A stretch of DNA of 63,835 bases, the filler included, from Sphacelaria rigidula (lineage: Eukaryota), in assembly GCA_964200075.2 (NCBI GenBank). It is 7 parts of 7 records of this genome, joined end to end, with 100 filler letters (N's around TTAATTAATTAA, not from the genome) between each part and the next. Parts side by side here need not be neighbours in the genome. Positions count along the whole stretch, not along the records: positions 1 to 9,037 come from CAXNAA020009456.1; positions 9,138 to 18,172 come from CAXNAA020009457.1; 5 more parts are not named here. One strand, written 5' to 3'. This document shows positions 1-13,865 of this stretch, one piece after another; position 1 is the first letter of the stretch; each line of letters opens with the position of its first letter. The notes beneath the pieces were generated by a model. The model saw only the letters and a list, made by a program, of their open reading frames with translations, had not been told where the DNA came from and searched no databases. Made by a program: the position numbers and the translations under genes.

Positions 1-2344
1 GCACATGGCGTGCATGTACAAGCCATTAACGCCTTGAGTCATGAGGAAGGGTTGACTGCGTGAATCATAACTGATGTACGAACCGCATGATTTATTCATT
101 AAGATGATGAATTTGAGTTGACTCACGAGTTGATTTGTCCTAACCGTGAAATTTTGTACCGAGCGGGACACAACAACAGTACAGTAGTTCAGGTATTACC
201 CAGCGCAGACTAAAATGCCTTCGCGGGGTTCAAACACACAACACTACAGTGTCAGCTACAGGACAGGATTGATGGGTCTGGGCACGAAGTGCCTTTTTCG
301 TTGCAAAAGACACAGTATCCACCACACAGACGATGACATTTAAACTTTTACAAAACAGCATCGCGTGCCGTTGAAAATTATTTTGTGCAGAGCAAAGCCC
401 AACCTTATATCAGCGTAGGCAACCCCAGGGGAGACTAAATTGTGTCTGCAAGGTGTATAGAAACCACAATGCAGTGACCGCTACGAAACATGAGAGAGGG
501 CGTGGGTGTTGTTGTGCTGCACTACGGTGAAGCATGGCGTATCCCATTTCGCAGAGTCTTTTTCTCGAGTTTGATCAGCTCCTCATTTATGGTCAGCGGG
601 TGGGTTTCTGGTGAGAATGGGGTACCCATTTTCATCAGGGAGCCGCCCGCTGACCAAAATTTGATTTTCGGGTCACTTATGTTCGCAACCGCGACTGATT
701 TTGTTTTTCAAGATGAAATTTTTTCACATTTCGCTCAAAATCGGACGCGAATTTGGACTTGAACGGATCCCATGAAAGTTACTCTCACTACTCTCTACAC
801 CGAAACAGCAAAGATGAACAGCTTGGGATTAAAAGCGCCGAAGAAACCCGTCGTATTGATACGACTGAATATTTTTTACCTTATTGTACCGTGCTTAATG
901 ACAGTGCAGTGGTGATGGTTATGTCACGTACATCCGCTCAAACGTGTTCATCCCTCCGCATCAGTCTCGTCGCGAATGCTGAGCATACCCGGCGGCGGCT
1001 ACAATACAGCAGAGTACCTCAGAAAGCTACTAAAGTCGGGCACTGACCGCGACCGGTTCGGCAGCGTTTCGTCGAGTATACAGGAAGAAATGTGATACAC
1101 CGCGCACATGATTAAGGTCGTTGCTATCGGGGTGGCTTTCTACAGGTCTCTCTGCCATCTCTCACGTAGAGTTAGTATGTAGCAACAGGTACGGGTGTGG
1201 GGTATAAGTATTTCCGCGTGTGTACGGTGCGCCGCCTCTTGAGGTTTTGTATGGCTGTCCTCCGTTGCGGTGTTCCGACAACGATGATACCGTACAGCGC
1301 TCGTGTTTCATGCTGCCACCGTGGTATACGGTGTGTGGTACCTGTTAAGTACGGTAAGGTACGAGGTGGTGTCAGGTTGCATTGTTTTTGATCGTGAAGA
1401 CGGCCTGCGCTCCTCCGGAATAGCCGCCGTTGACGTTACTGGGCGCATGACTAAGGTCTTGGCTGTTGCGGTTACCACAGCTGCAGCAATTCTCTCGGTA
1501 CTCTACGGAGGTAATCGCGATTATCGGTATGCCGTTGGTACACCTTGTGAGAAGACAAAGGCATTCAGGATTATAAGGAAATCGCAGTCTGAAACGGCAG
1601 GAATGGTAGTAACAGCACAATGGTTGCTGTGCTGTGCTGTGCTGCCATGAGGGACTGGCTCCACGCGTAGACAGATGGCACCCTGTGGGGTACGTCTACA
1701 GGGTTCAGGGATTCCGTGCAATGTTTCTCGCGGGGATTAGGCCGTAGGGTGTTGTTTTTGCGCCACACAGTACGCTCCACAGGGTTTCAGGGAAACTGTG
1801 CAGTGTTCCTCACGGGGGGTTGGTTGTAGTTTTGTTTCGCGCCGCACAGTACGCTTAACAGGTTTTCGTCACCCCGAGTACCGTTCATTGTTGTTGATAT
1901 GCTGTACAGTGCTTATAGCGCACATACAATATACTCCACCATACAGCATAGGCATGGTACTGGCGGGGAAAAACGATCGAGAAATGGCAATAGTAAGCAT
2001 TGAAGCGATGGTTTTGTGCTTGGGAGTGCCGACGGATTGTACATTGAGCTACTTGTATCATTTATACTACTGCATCTAATGTTCTGCTTCTAATAGGTAC
2101 CAAGCACAAACCTCCATAAACAAAAGCATGATTGATTGAGTGTTTTTTTCTCATCATCCGGTTTGTGTTGGTAGACACCGGACGACGGGGTTTATGAACT
2201 ATGTGCATACATATGCGAGGGTCACACCGTTACCTCCATCATCCACGCGTGAAGCCGAACCATCGTATCTAAGCTCAGGCGTGTGAACATACACTCGTCT
2301 GTAGTGTTTGAGATTCGTGTTCAACAAAAGCCGGTGAGAATTCT

Positions 2345-2955
2345 ACCCTTTAGCCAAATTGATATATACGTTGGGGGGCAAGAAGATGAGTTATTTTCAA
2401 CAATCTTTGCCGCATCTTGGATCCAAACCGCTGATTATGGTGCAATGTGCGGAACTTGCACAGTTGAGGCTGTTCGCAATACGTTCTCTTCTTGCCCAAT
2501 TTCCGGATGAATCAGCGGGCAAAGTGAGGAATTATTCCGAGCTTCTCTCCTGTATTCCAAATCTGCCAATTTGTATCGGATATGTGGAGCAGATGAAGCT
2601 GTTCGAAATATATATATATATATATATATTCGCCCAATTTATTTGAGCAAAAAAAGGATCTACTTTGAACAGCCTCATCTACTCCACAAATCCCGTATAT
2701 ATGTGTGGGACTTGTGCAGCTGATGAAGCTGTTCAAGATAAATAATTTTTTTGCCCAATTTGACTGGGCAAAATATGGATCTATTTCGAATATTTTCTTC
2801 TGTTGTCCGAAATAATTTCTCTTTTTGCCCGATTGCCCAATTGGAAATCGAGCAAATTGGAAATCGAGCAAAAAGAGGAATTACTTCGAACAGCTTCGCT
2901 AAATGAATAAATTTGATGATTTTGTAACGAAATAATTTGGAATTTTGAAATTGGG
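2345..2955. repeat. Array of ~130-bp imperfect palindromic units
   Basis: GCTGTTC(G/A)..ATA recurs at ~2469, ~2598 and ~2728. Each copy is followed by TT(C)GCCCAATTT and by reverse-complement motifs (G(A/G)GCAAA...TT(C/T)GAACAGC(C/T)TC). Confidence 0.6.
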
Positions 2956-5900
2956 AGTGCCTGTTCAGGATTGCTTACAGGGTCTCGAGAAAAACGCTAC
3001 ACAAAATGCTGGTAGAGATACTAGAGTTTGCAAATGCTGCACAGCGGTTTTCACAAAGACTGCGAAGAACCCTGTGCAGCACGTCCTACAGGGTGCTATC
3101 TGTCCACGTGTGTCAGCCTTTTAGCTGGAAGCATATACCCAAGTGCACTGCTGAACGTTGGTGCATCTTCATCGTGGGTCCTGCTTTTCTTTTGATATAT
3201 GGCTGCATTTGAATGAGGTAATGGAGGGGGGGAGTTGAAATTACAAAACAAAGCCCATCAATAGTTCAAGCATCTCCTGTCGGAGTTCAAGCTACCCGAA
3301 AAAGACACTGCACTCGCTGTAGATGAGAAAGGAAAATTGAAATACTTAATATTCGTATCCATTTTTTACTCCGACTTGCGAAACGGGAGTAAACGCAGAT
3401 AACTCCAGCGGTGATCACGCAGTAGAAACTACGAAACTATGAAAGCGTGGCAGATTTGATCGTACGAAAGTACTGCAGTACGATAGCATTATGCTAAAAC
3501 AAATCAAGCATCAAGTATGAGGAATCATTTGAAAGATTGGAACGTGCAAAAGTGGGGAACCAACGGCCGATAACTCACGTGCAAATCGAGGAACCAGCGG
3601 CAAGAAAAGCATGTTCGGAAAGGAAAACATGCGAAACATGGACAGAACTTACTCACAACGTGTGACGTATTTCCTCTTTGGCTTCCGACACAACACTGCT
3701 CAATCACGGTCATAGCACTCAAAACACAGACGCCACGTCCCGTACGACCTTGCTTTTCATCGAACCTTGTCGTGAATTATCGCCTGTGACTGAATAGCCG
3801 TGTTTTTGCACCTCATCTTTGCTTTGACTGGCACTATCCCTTGTCCTCGGACCCGCAGTCCATGCTGTGGAAAAGAAAGACATAATTAGACCATCTTTTA
3901 TGTTAACGGATCTCGATTTTTTCTGATACCCCGATTTCTTCAAGACCGGGGAGACTCAGATTCGCGAACTCTAGATGGTAGGGGACCGTTTAATGGTTCA
4001 GACAGTATCCGGATTTGCAAAAGAGTTCTGTACACAGACGGTGATTTTCTGCATGAATCTGGTACTGCGTGCAGTACTCGTGCATGGAGCCGAAGAGCAG
4101 GCGGGCGGTGATTAATCCTTCGAGTACAGCGTCGTACCTCGAAACCTTGGGGAAATACAGTACAAGATACTCCATCAGTACGTTACGTGATAATCCCGTG
4201 TGGTGGTACATGATGACACAGTCGGTATGGCGAGGACAGTAAGCAAGCAGTGCACGACCACAATTCAGTAGTGTAGTGCCTGCCATATATCACCCTGCAA
4301 GTACAGCGACAACAGACGAAGAGAGTAGAGTACCGTTCGTTATAGCGATACGTATGGCAGCGCAGTGCATCATAAAATATTACCATCGCCGCAGGGTACG
4401 GCGTCAAGGCGCATTATCCGCTCGTCAAACCCCGTGCGAAGCAGGTTCAGCAGCTGGCGCGGGCAGGCACGCCCTGCGCTGTCACGAAACTGTCTTCTGC
4501 TGCGGTTGCAGAGGTATCAAACGTCTCGTACTCATATCTTACATCGATGCACATACGTCACCTCATAGAAATCGGGAGGAGTCACGATTTCGGAACGATT
4601 TCCCCGATTTTTCAAAACCGAAAAGGGGGAAATCGTTCCGAGATCGTGACACCCCGTTTTTCTCTCCCCCGATTTGGTCCAAATCGGCGCCCATAAAATG
4701 CATCCCCCAATTGGTTTCCCCCGATGTTCAACACAATCAGAGTCGGTGACTGCCATCAAAGATGGTCTTGTACATGCGCACGGGTGTGAAAGGGCCCACC
4801 CCCGAGGAAGAACACATGAGTGAGGGGATTGGAAGTTCATTTCCTACATGTTGTACGACGTAGCGCCATGCTCACTTGTGAACCACATTACCGTGGTCAT
4901 TTGATATTTTGGGTGGAATGTTGTGTGTCGTCAGGGTGCGGTACGAATGTTGTACGGTACGATGTACGATGTGGCACCAAGAGTTTGCTGTAGTGTGTGC
5001 ACGGTTAGGAGGAATACGATCTTGCGCCGTGCAGCGGTTGGTAGGTGCTGAGATTTCAAAGATCGCGCGGCACCGGGGACAAACCGCAAATATGTTGGCC
5101 CTCAACAATATACCATGTTCACGGCTACTTCCTGCAAGAGATCGGCTCGATTCTACCCATCGCAGCGCACCAACTGACGTTCGGTAGTTCCCTACCGCTG
5201 GAAAACAGATACTGATATTGCACAAACGCGATAGTAATGTTCGATTGTGCAAATCCAAAACGCGATCGCACTAAACCCACGCTGGGTCGTGCTGTCACTT
5301 CACGCCGAAGTGGGACATGCTAGCAGCTATATTTTAAGGCCAAGGTTGTGCCCTTAGCCTCGCAGAACGCTGTGATCTCTGCTGCTCGTAGTGTGGTCTT
5401 TACGCTAGCCTTTCCTTTCCCGGCAATGGTCTGTACATTGAGACTTGATGCACTGGTGCGTATGTCTTTGAAGTGTCCAGCCTAAGTTGATTGATCTGAG
5501 TTGGTGCTTTGTGACGAAGAGATATCATGAAGTCTGTGCCGGGCTTTAGAATACGAAGATGCAGATGAAATGTTCACGAAAGCGCAGCGCGATTAACAAC
5601 CTCAGCGGTTTCGCTCTACAGAGCTCTCACTACCTAATCCAAGCTCTCTGGGCTTTATATTATAGTACACATTTCGGTTTGTTGTACATGTTTGCTGTGT
5701 ATTGCATATCACGTCATTCGTGTACTTACCTGGAGATACCATGACGATAATCAGCGCTTTTTCTCTATCTGGAAGCCGGCACGACACTGTTACGTCAACG
5801 TCGGATGCGGGTTGTGTACTAGAGCTGAGCGAGGTACGCTTGGTTTTCCCGGTGTTGGAAAAGTTGCGCAACTTCCACCGCACTGTTTCATTTGCGGTAT

Positions 5901-8900
5901 GGATATATTCCGGCCAAACCTTTTGCGGTGGGTTTATTAAGCTGGGTGCTGCATGGCTATATCTTCCCTATTTCAGGAAACTCCATAGGCCAGGCGATTT
6001 CTGCTTTTGATGTCAACACGGCGATATTCCGGATGTAGCTGTGCCTAGGCACTTTTGGGTCTTTGAGTATTTCGAGCCATTTTTTTAGACACGTTATCAA
6101 ACTTCAACCGAGACGCTTAATTGACGAGATACGTTTGAATCCGCCAAACCCGTTTGCGATAGAACGCTGGTGATTCCAAGATTACATTCAATGTCTTCGT
6201 AAGGTGGGAATCAGTATAGCACGACAACAGCAGTCTTTCGAAATACCACCGAGGTCGTCCGCGATAAGGGGTGCTGAATACCGAAGAAGGGACAAAGTCT
6301 GCCCTCCCTCGTCCCAAGCCGCCTGAATGTGCTACAAAGTATCGATTACGCTTTGCACCCTATGTATATTAGTACCTTCTAACCGCTACTGCAATCGTTC
6401 CTACTTGCTGCGTTCTGTGTTTGCTGTGGAGAAATAGGAGTCACGTGCGCAGCGGAGAGCCCGAAAAACCGCGATATCCGTCATCACCTACGAAAATGCA
6501 ATGACGTTTGGAAGTGTTGGAAAAAAACGATTGAATGGCCGACGGAAGCACAGGCGCTTTTTGGCGAGAACATCCCTGAACAATGAACGCTTTTTGGCGA
6601 GAACTTTCATCACATTGGCCCTGCGTATGTACTTACCAGCAGTCATGAACTGTCGGCAGGTTCTTACAGTATTTTTCGCGGTCCCTGCCTGAACCATTGT
6701 TTAGTCCGTATGATGTGGTGCACACACAGTACGGCACTACAGCGTTGTGCCCACACTGACTGCGGGCATGAACTCCACACCAGACGATCTGCGCCGTCCA
6801 GAGACGTGCGTGCGGTGAGTGTGACGCCTGTATTTCCTGCTCAATGGCTGCCCAGTTCGCAGAAGCAGTCGGGGGTACTCGTGCTGCAGCAGCAGCATAG
6901 CCAGCCAGAAAGTGCCAAACGAACCCAACTCCCATACTGGCTTGCTTTCCGGTCCGATACAACTTTTGTAGAAGGTACCCTGCTTATTGCCGTGACTTTC
7001 AGTGTGTGTACATTGCGTGTGCGATAGTTCCTGCTTGTCATGCTGACATCGTTTGTTTTCTTCGTCCGACAAGCTGAACAAGCTCCATAATCCGAATTTC
7101 GGATCGCCCGATCAGCGGCAGCTCGGCTTGATGATGTTGGCGATGTTCAGCGCCACCAGCATGAAGAGTCTAAGACTGTCCCAGGAGAAAATAATGCCCG
7201 GCAGTAGGGCTTGCCATGGAACCGGTCCCGGTAGTGTTGACCATCGCGATGGCGGGGCTATGCTACTTTGAAAAATGGCCATGTTGGTACCTTTTCACAC
7301 GATGACACTGACATGGGTGGCTATATCCTGCGATAGCTCACACCTACAGGGTGGTTCCACTGCTTGGCCCAAAAAAGGTCTCTGGTGCGAATACGACATG
7401 CAGCAGCAAAGAACAACACAACAAGTGAGCTTCCTGCATGCTCACCGCCAACCTAGAGTACACCGCGCGCTCTGATCCGTCATCAAGGTTCTTCATCATT
7501 TCATGACATCCTGGGATACCAAATACTTTCTAATGGCGGTACCCGGTGGTGGCAGTTTGGTGCAGAAATTGTGAAACTCCAATTTTTGCCGATTGCATCG
7601 AAAACTGGCGGGCGTGTAGCTGACATCAAGACAAGGAGAAAGATGCTTGTTTCGGCCTGCCAACAGGTCGTCCGTCGGAAGCTACCGCCGAAGCAAACAG
7701 TGGGGGAAGTATCTGCACTCGTGAATGGGATTCATACCTTCGGGAATCTACACACTATCTTGATTTTTCCCGCTCGAAAGTCAAGATAGTAAACCTGAAA
7801 TACATGGGGAAATATGCATTGCAATCATTCGAAAATCTCCTCCCTCTCTTTTGTTTTTCAGATAATGATGGCGTTTGTTTTTCTTTAGGAATTTTAGCCC
7901 AGTAGACCTACCTCCGATAAAGTACAGGGGAAAAAACTACTATGATGGCCTTCATATGATTGATGCTCATCTCTTCCCAAGAGTTGAGATTCTTACTCCA
8001 AGTCTTCGAGCCAGAATCTCGAATCACACTCGTTTGTCTCACGTAGTGCAACCAGTCTGTACCTTCTGCAGGCGGGACGAACAGATATCGCCTTCCGGTG
8101 CTGAAAATTACTCATCAGTGGCCTTCGAGAAATGATGCTGCAGTCGAGGCCATCGATCTAACCCATCCACCATAAATTGTCGTGGGTGTCGAGCTATGGC
8201 GTCGTAACCAACCTTGCATGTCTTGCTCCATATTTTGTGAAACCAACACTTAGCCCCGTGCTCCATTGCCCCGTACCTGGCTCAATCGATACCTGCCATA
8301 GAGCCAACGGGCTCGGCCCACGTGTTTCCAGCATAGCGTGGCGGGTTAAGTGTTACTCCTGGATTTGAGTGAACACCGGTGACCCAGTTAGGTGCAATAG
8401 AGCTATCATTGATTACTTGAATGCAGCGTGGCCATGTACGCAGATCGTGCCAGTGTATCTGCTCCAAATATACAGGATGTCGGTAAAATTTACAGTTATT
8501 TCTGCCGACATCACAAGTACCTTGTATATCTGCGGGTACGTCATGGATCTATCAGGAGTTGACTCTCCACGTGTGAAAATATTAAGGCCGACATAGTGCT
8601 CGTACGGTTACTTGGTTGAGTGAGGACGTGGAATCGCCTTCACATCCCCGGCTTCTTCACATGACAACCCGCGTGTGTAAGTTCGAAGCCCTACACGTTA
8701 CGGGAGCGGGTCAAAGAGCACAAGGTAATTCTGTGCCAGAAGGCGCCTCAAACATGCGTGTTCCGTTCGACAGTTTCATGATTGCCACGTATCATTGCGT
8801 TATCCACGTGCATGATATCGCAAAGATTTATGTTGTGTCATTGTATCACCTTGCCACACAGCCCGTTGTGGTCGGGGTGGGCCGCGATTTCCCTCTTTGT

Positions 8901-9037
8901 TGCAAGCGGCAAATTCTCTTCGAACGGCATGGGCGTTGCGCCGCAGATATAGTTCAGTGCAACACGCCTTTCCGAATGCAGCAGCATCTGCCGCTGCATA
9001 CTTCCTCCCATTTTCTGGTGAGTTCTCCGCGAAGGAG

Positions 9038-9137
9038 NNNNNNNNNNNNNNNNNNNNNNNNNNNNNNNNNNNNNNNNNNNNTTAATTAATTAANNNNNNN
9101 NNNNNNNNNNNNNNNNNNNNNNNNNNNNNNNNNNNNN
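9038..9137. other. Artificial contig-joining linker (N44-TTAATTAATTAA-N44)
   Basis: Identical 100-bp spacer with stop codons in all six frames, also at 18173-18272, 27306-27405, 36439-36538, 45572-45671 and 54704-54803. The intervening contigs fall in descending length order (9037 to 9032 bp). Confidence 0.97.
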
Positions 9138-9486
9138 CCCCCCTGCCCCCGCTCGGAAGGGGGGGGGGGGTAAAGGGCAAACCGCCTAAGGAAACAAAAA
9201 AAAGATGTGCCCCCCCCCCCCCCCCGCCCTAGGTTTTCCTTCAAGGATTGGCGTCGGTTGACAGCGACGCTGTAAAAGACACGATTCACTGCGTAAGCTT
9301 GGCAACCAGGTCGCCGCTTTTTTTTCGCGCTTGTGTTTTTTATGCGGTAACCACGATGACGGTCGAGCTCGATCACGTTGTGCAGGGTGGGAGAACCTCA
9401 GCACCGCGCAAGGGGGATGATCGTACTACGTAGTGATTGAATGGTGAGACACCCATGAGGCAGTGTATAAGCCATGGTTGACTGTC

Positions 9487-9487
<1 letters not shown>

Positions 9488-9523
<36 letters not shown>

Positions 9524-9529
9524 CGTCGT
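9488..9529. repeat. (GTT)n/(GTC)n microsatellite
   Basis: Direct reading of the sequence. Confidence 0.9.
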
Positions 9530-10384
9530 CTTCACATTCAAGACCGTTCCGATGAATGCGCAGTACATTCGTCCTGGGCATCTGATGCGGATGCCTTCCG
9601 TGGTCACAGGCTAGAAATCGAACAAAATGAATAACTAAAAAAATACCCAGAAAAACAAATCCCAAACGCGATATAGGCAAAATAAGAATATATAATAAAA
9701 AAAGAAAGATAATAAATTCGGTGCCGCAGGTGGCCATTCGGACTTCAGGGGGTGGCGCCCGACTTTCCAACTCGACGCGCGAGGCCAAGTAGAAATTAAT
9801 ATAGGGTTCGACTACGGGCGGAACTCAAGGCCCAAAGACCACCAACCAAAGAAATAAGAATCGTAAGGTTCTTTCCTTCGACCTTTCGAGGGACAGCCAG
9901 ACGTACAAGTCTCGAAGTGGCGATACCAGAATGTGAAGCAACTCATTGTAGGCTGTCATCCAAATCCAAGGTAATCAGTAGGCCTCGGACCGCACAATCT
10001 TAGCCGGATGTAGTCAATCATTTATGCGACTTTCCCAAGACATTACGGTGCTCGGCGCTTGGTGATTGATCGCGAGCCTGGTCCGGGAAAAACCCTGCGT
10101 GCTCCGTCCCGACTTTGTAGGGGTGCGAGATCAACGGTCACATGACGACGACATGCAAGGTCATGTGTACCCCTCCTCCTTCCTGCCTTCCCCCTATCAT
10201 CACCGAAACATCCCCTGCATACATGTAACCGACAATAACTACAACATTTCATCACCATGAACGATGGAGACACAGACGACAACAACGACTGCTACTGCTG
10301 CCGCCGCCGCCGCCTCTACTGCCTCTGCTGATGATGCTGTTCCTGCTGCTACTGCTACTGTACTGCTACTCCATTTTACTTCAG

Positions 10385-11925
10385 CCGCCGCTACAGTTCT
10401 ATGAGCTGGCTATTGCCGACAAGAATTGGGATCGAGTGGATGTGGTGACCGCGTTCAACGGTGAAGACGAACTCAACCCCGTCGTGCCGGTCCTGCAGAA
10501 ACGAGCCCTTGAGGGGGCTTACGGAAAGGAGATACACTTCCACCTGGTGAGAACAGACTTCACCGCCATTGTGGTATCGGAATCACAAACAATATGATAC
10601 ATTATTCTCCCGTTTCGTTTCAGAGGTCGGAGAAATTATGATTGTTCACGCTTCTTTTGTTGGGGTCAAATAGCTAAAAAACTTCCCCGATATTTTGCGC
10701 ACCTTTGTACGTGGCTTGGGTACGGAGGAGGATGATGATCTGTGCAGATTCCGGGAGAGATTCGATTTAGTTACACGATTGTACAACATGCCCAAGTGCG
10801 GAGAACCCAATAAGAGCACAATTAGGACAATCAGGACATGATATGCAGCTAGCGGAAACGGCAATAGTCGTGGAAGTCCAAATGGGAATCGATCAGCTGG
10901 CGATGTCCTGTTTCCGTGCCAGAGTACATTGAGAGATTCAGAGGCGTAATCGTGGGGTCACCAGATTCTCGGTAAGCTGGAAATTATATGCATTCATGTG
11001 CGCTTTTCAAGAAAGGTGAAGCTCTAAAGACAATGTCGAACACATTGATGGTGCCTCCAGACAACAATGAAACAGAAATTGTGAGATAAACCGCAAGAAT
11101 GTATGTACATGTGTCGAAATTTCGGTTTGTCTTCACCGACGGGGGTGGAATTTGTCGACCAACGGTGAATATTTTGTTTTCACCCGCCTTTCTCTGTATG
11201 CATGAGTTGGTGAAAAAGGGCTATAACGGGGTATAAAAGGCGTATGCCTCGAATAGGGATTAGTTTGCTCCCGATTTGACCTGTGTATTCCATTCACGTG
11301 TCTCGCGAGTAGCTGCAGAAGTCTTGAAATTCACTGATTTCTTCATCGATTCAACATCACGCATTAACTGATACCCGGGGGAACCAGCCGTGAATATTAT
11401 CCACAAGGTAGACCTACCTAAGGTGGACAGAACGGAAACGCTCGCCCCCCCCCCCCAAAAGAAAACACAGGAAGGTGGTACCAACGAGGTATACTGAGAA
11501 AAAAAAAAATCCACAACAAAGCAGAGAAAGGAAGGAAAAGGGGTGGGAAAGAACTAGAGAAGTAGAAGAGGAATAACGGTCCCGATGAAAACATAATGTA
11601 TCGTTGTTCGAATGTATAATAACAGTAGAAAAACACTTTTTTTTGGAGTATTTAACGCAAAGTTTTTTTTAATGAATCGGATCAAACACTTCGGGGTTCT
11701 GCACGTTACAGGAGTAAACCTTTGACTCTCCTTATCCCCCCTCCCTCTCAGAATCGAACAATGGAAGAAGACTTGCGAGCAATGATGTGTGCGGATGCCT
11801 TAGCGACGGCCCGCTCTACACTGTCGCGCATGACGACATTCCACACGACAGCGAAGACGATCTACGGCCCCATCCAGTGCAACGACGACTTCAACGAGGT
11901 TGGGCTCATCCGCCGCGACGTGGAG
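10385..11925 (+). CDS. Two internal exons (10385-10546, 11752-11925) of a putative glycosyltransferase (GT11/fucosyltransferase-like) protein; partial gene
   Basis: AG/GT-bounded phase-0 exons join to PPLQFYELAIADKNWDRVDVVTAFNGEDELNPVVPVLQKRALEGAYGKEIHFHL|NRTMEEDLRAMMCADALATARSTLSRMTTFHTTAKTIYGP... The EDL..M.C....A.ST motif resembles the GT11 C-terminal 'D..LM..C.H.IIANSTFS' motif. The family call is by motif resemblance only. Confidence 0.5.
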
Positions 11926-13425
11926 GTAAAACAAAAGCGACACGTTTACATGTTTCGCGGTAACCACTATCACCACCCTGTACTTCATACTCAACGACGG
12001 TAGATAATCATGCCAAAACCGGCAGCGCGCTTATCACGAGGCCAATCGCGCTTCTTTGCCTGTGTTTGCTATACTCCATTCGATGTGCTTCGCGTAGCCG
12101 CACGAATAAAATATGCTGTTTCATTTATTAGAGCCATTTGAGGATAGGCTTGGGTGCGGTGTGAGGAGGATATCGCATGCTAGTGCTTATGATTGTTTGG
12201 ATTTTTCGCTGAGGGCCAACTAGAGTGAGGTCTATCTTCTTGTAGACGCCATCTCCACCCCGACTCTCCACCCCAAGAATATAGTCTCTTTCGCCCCTCC
12301 CAAATTACCGGAGTGGTCGGAATTTTGTACGTATCGTGTGGGATCTGATCGGATCATACCGAACGGTATCTTCTCAAACAATTGATTATGGAGTATCGGT
12401 GCAGTTGACTTGTAGTTCCTGGAAGAGGGGCAGCACTGCCACTACTATTTCGTCATTAACGGCAACGAAACCCCAACACATGGAACTCCAACACGCGGGC
12501 GACTGCTTTCCTTCCCCTCTCTCGCCACCCGATACGCCTGAACACATCACACCCACCCGTAAAAGGTGCTTGGCATGGACTGGAAGGGGCAATACTCTGT
12601 GTACATAAACTGGGAGAACACCGCAGATCAACACAAGGAGATGATCGAGTATTCTGATATTGCAGGCTTCAAGCGGTGTGGATGAGCGCAGCACCACTGG
12701 CACAAGACTTCGACGCTGGAAGGAATGTGCATGTACGCCTGAACATATGTATGCTGGGTCCGGTGTCATGTATGTGCGTGTAGTGAGGAAAGTGCCGAAG
12801 TACGCCGGTATGAGCTTCTCCATATCAACACATGCATGTGCGTACTTGTTTACATTGAAAAAAAGGAATGCCGGTTGCTGTCTAGAAGAGCAGGGAGAGG
12901 GCTGCCAGGTGGTCTGCAAGCATCGCCTAATCGATTGTACAGCAAATTGCGAACCACCTGTTCCTGGGGCTATCCGTCCTGTATCATGCGCGTGCATATC
13001 ACCTGGTAGGGATACAGGGTCATCGTGCCAGACGAACCGGGGGAATTGAGTAGAAGAGGGAAGTGGTGCTGAGCCCGTTACGTTGCGACATGGCATTCAC
13101 CGGTGCATGTACGGGCAAAATAAGGTACACGTGGATGATACTTCTGACGAATGGTAGGTCTAAGAACGGTCGCGTGGTGCCCTTCTGGTATTCCCCACAG
13201 TTGTCTCCTGATGTACATAACACGGTTTTGAAAATATAGACACACTTCATGAGTTGCTTGTGTTGTGTTGTGTTGTGTTGTGTATAACAAGTGAACGGTA
13301 TGTGAGTGCAGGTGTGTTGATATTATCTCTACTGTGAACGATGTTGGAATTTTATACAGCCAGTAATCTAGCTATCCGTTTCTGTGTGGGTTTTGTACTC
13401 TGTAGCAAATGGGCAACACAAAAAA

Positions 13426-13865
13426 CACGGGATCTTACAAATTGGAAGGGATTTTTCGTTGGGGACGAGAAACCCGGAGAACTAAAATCTTCGTATCCAC
13501 ACCAAATCTTCGAAATATGGTTTCATTTTTTCACCTACTAATAGCTATTGACAACTGCTACACGCCATAGAAATTTACATTTCGACCAACGGAATGTTGC
13601 GGTTCTAGGTGAAAAATCAGTTTCGAAACCATTTTGACGTCCGTTCGGACACCCAAATTTCCCCCAAATTGTTTTTTCACCTAGAACCCCAACATTTCGG
13701 TTATCGAGATCCAAATTTGTATGACGTGTAGTAGTTGTCAAAAGCTATCAGTAGGTGAAAAAATTGAACCATATTTTTGAAGATTTGGTGTGGATACGAA
13801 GATTTTAATTCTCCGAGTTTCTCATCCCCAATAAAAGATCCGTCCCCAATTTGTAAGATCCCGTG
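13426..13865. mobile_element. MITE/foldback element with ~190-bp terminal inverted repeats (CACGGG...CCCGTG)
   Basis: CACGGGATCTTACAAATTGG...AAAATCTTCGTATCCACACCAAATCTTC at the left is the reverse complement of GAAGATTTGGTGTGGATACGAAGATTTT...CCAATTTGTAAGATCCCGTG at the right. A diverged, truncated relative lies at ~54080-54385. Confidence 0.85.

Noticed and set aside
9082..9093. TTAATTAATTAA palindrome recurring every ~9.1 kb
   Set aside because: Artificial six-frame stop linker embedded in Ns; not biological.
12386..13096. 236-aa minus-strand ORF
   Set aside because: No domain motifs or coding-like composition; overlaps equally uninformative ORFs on the other strand.
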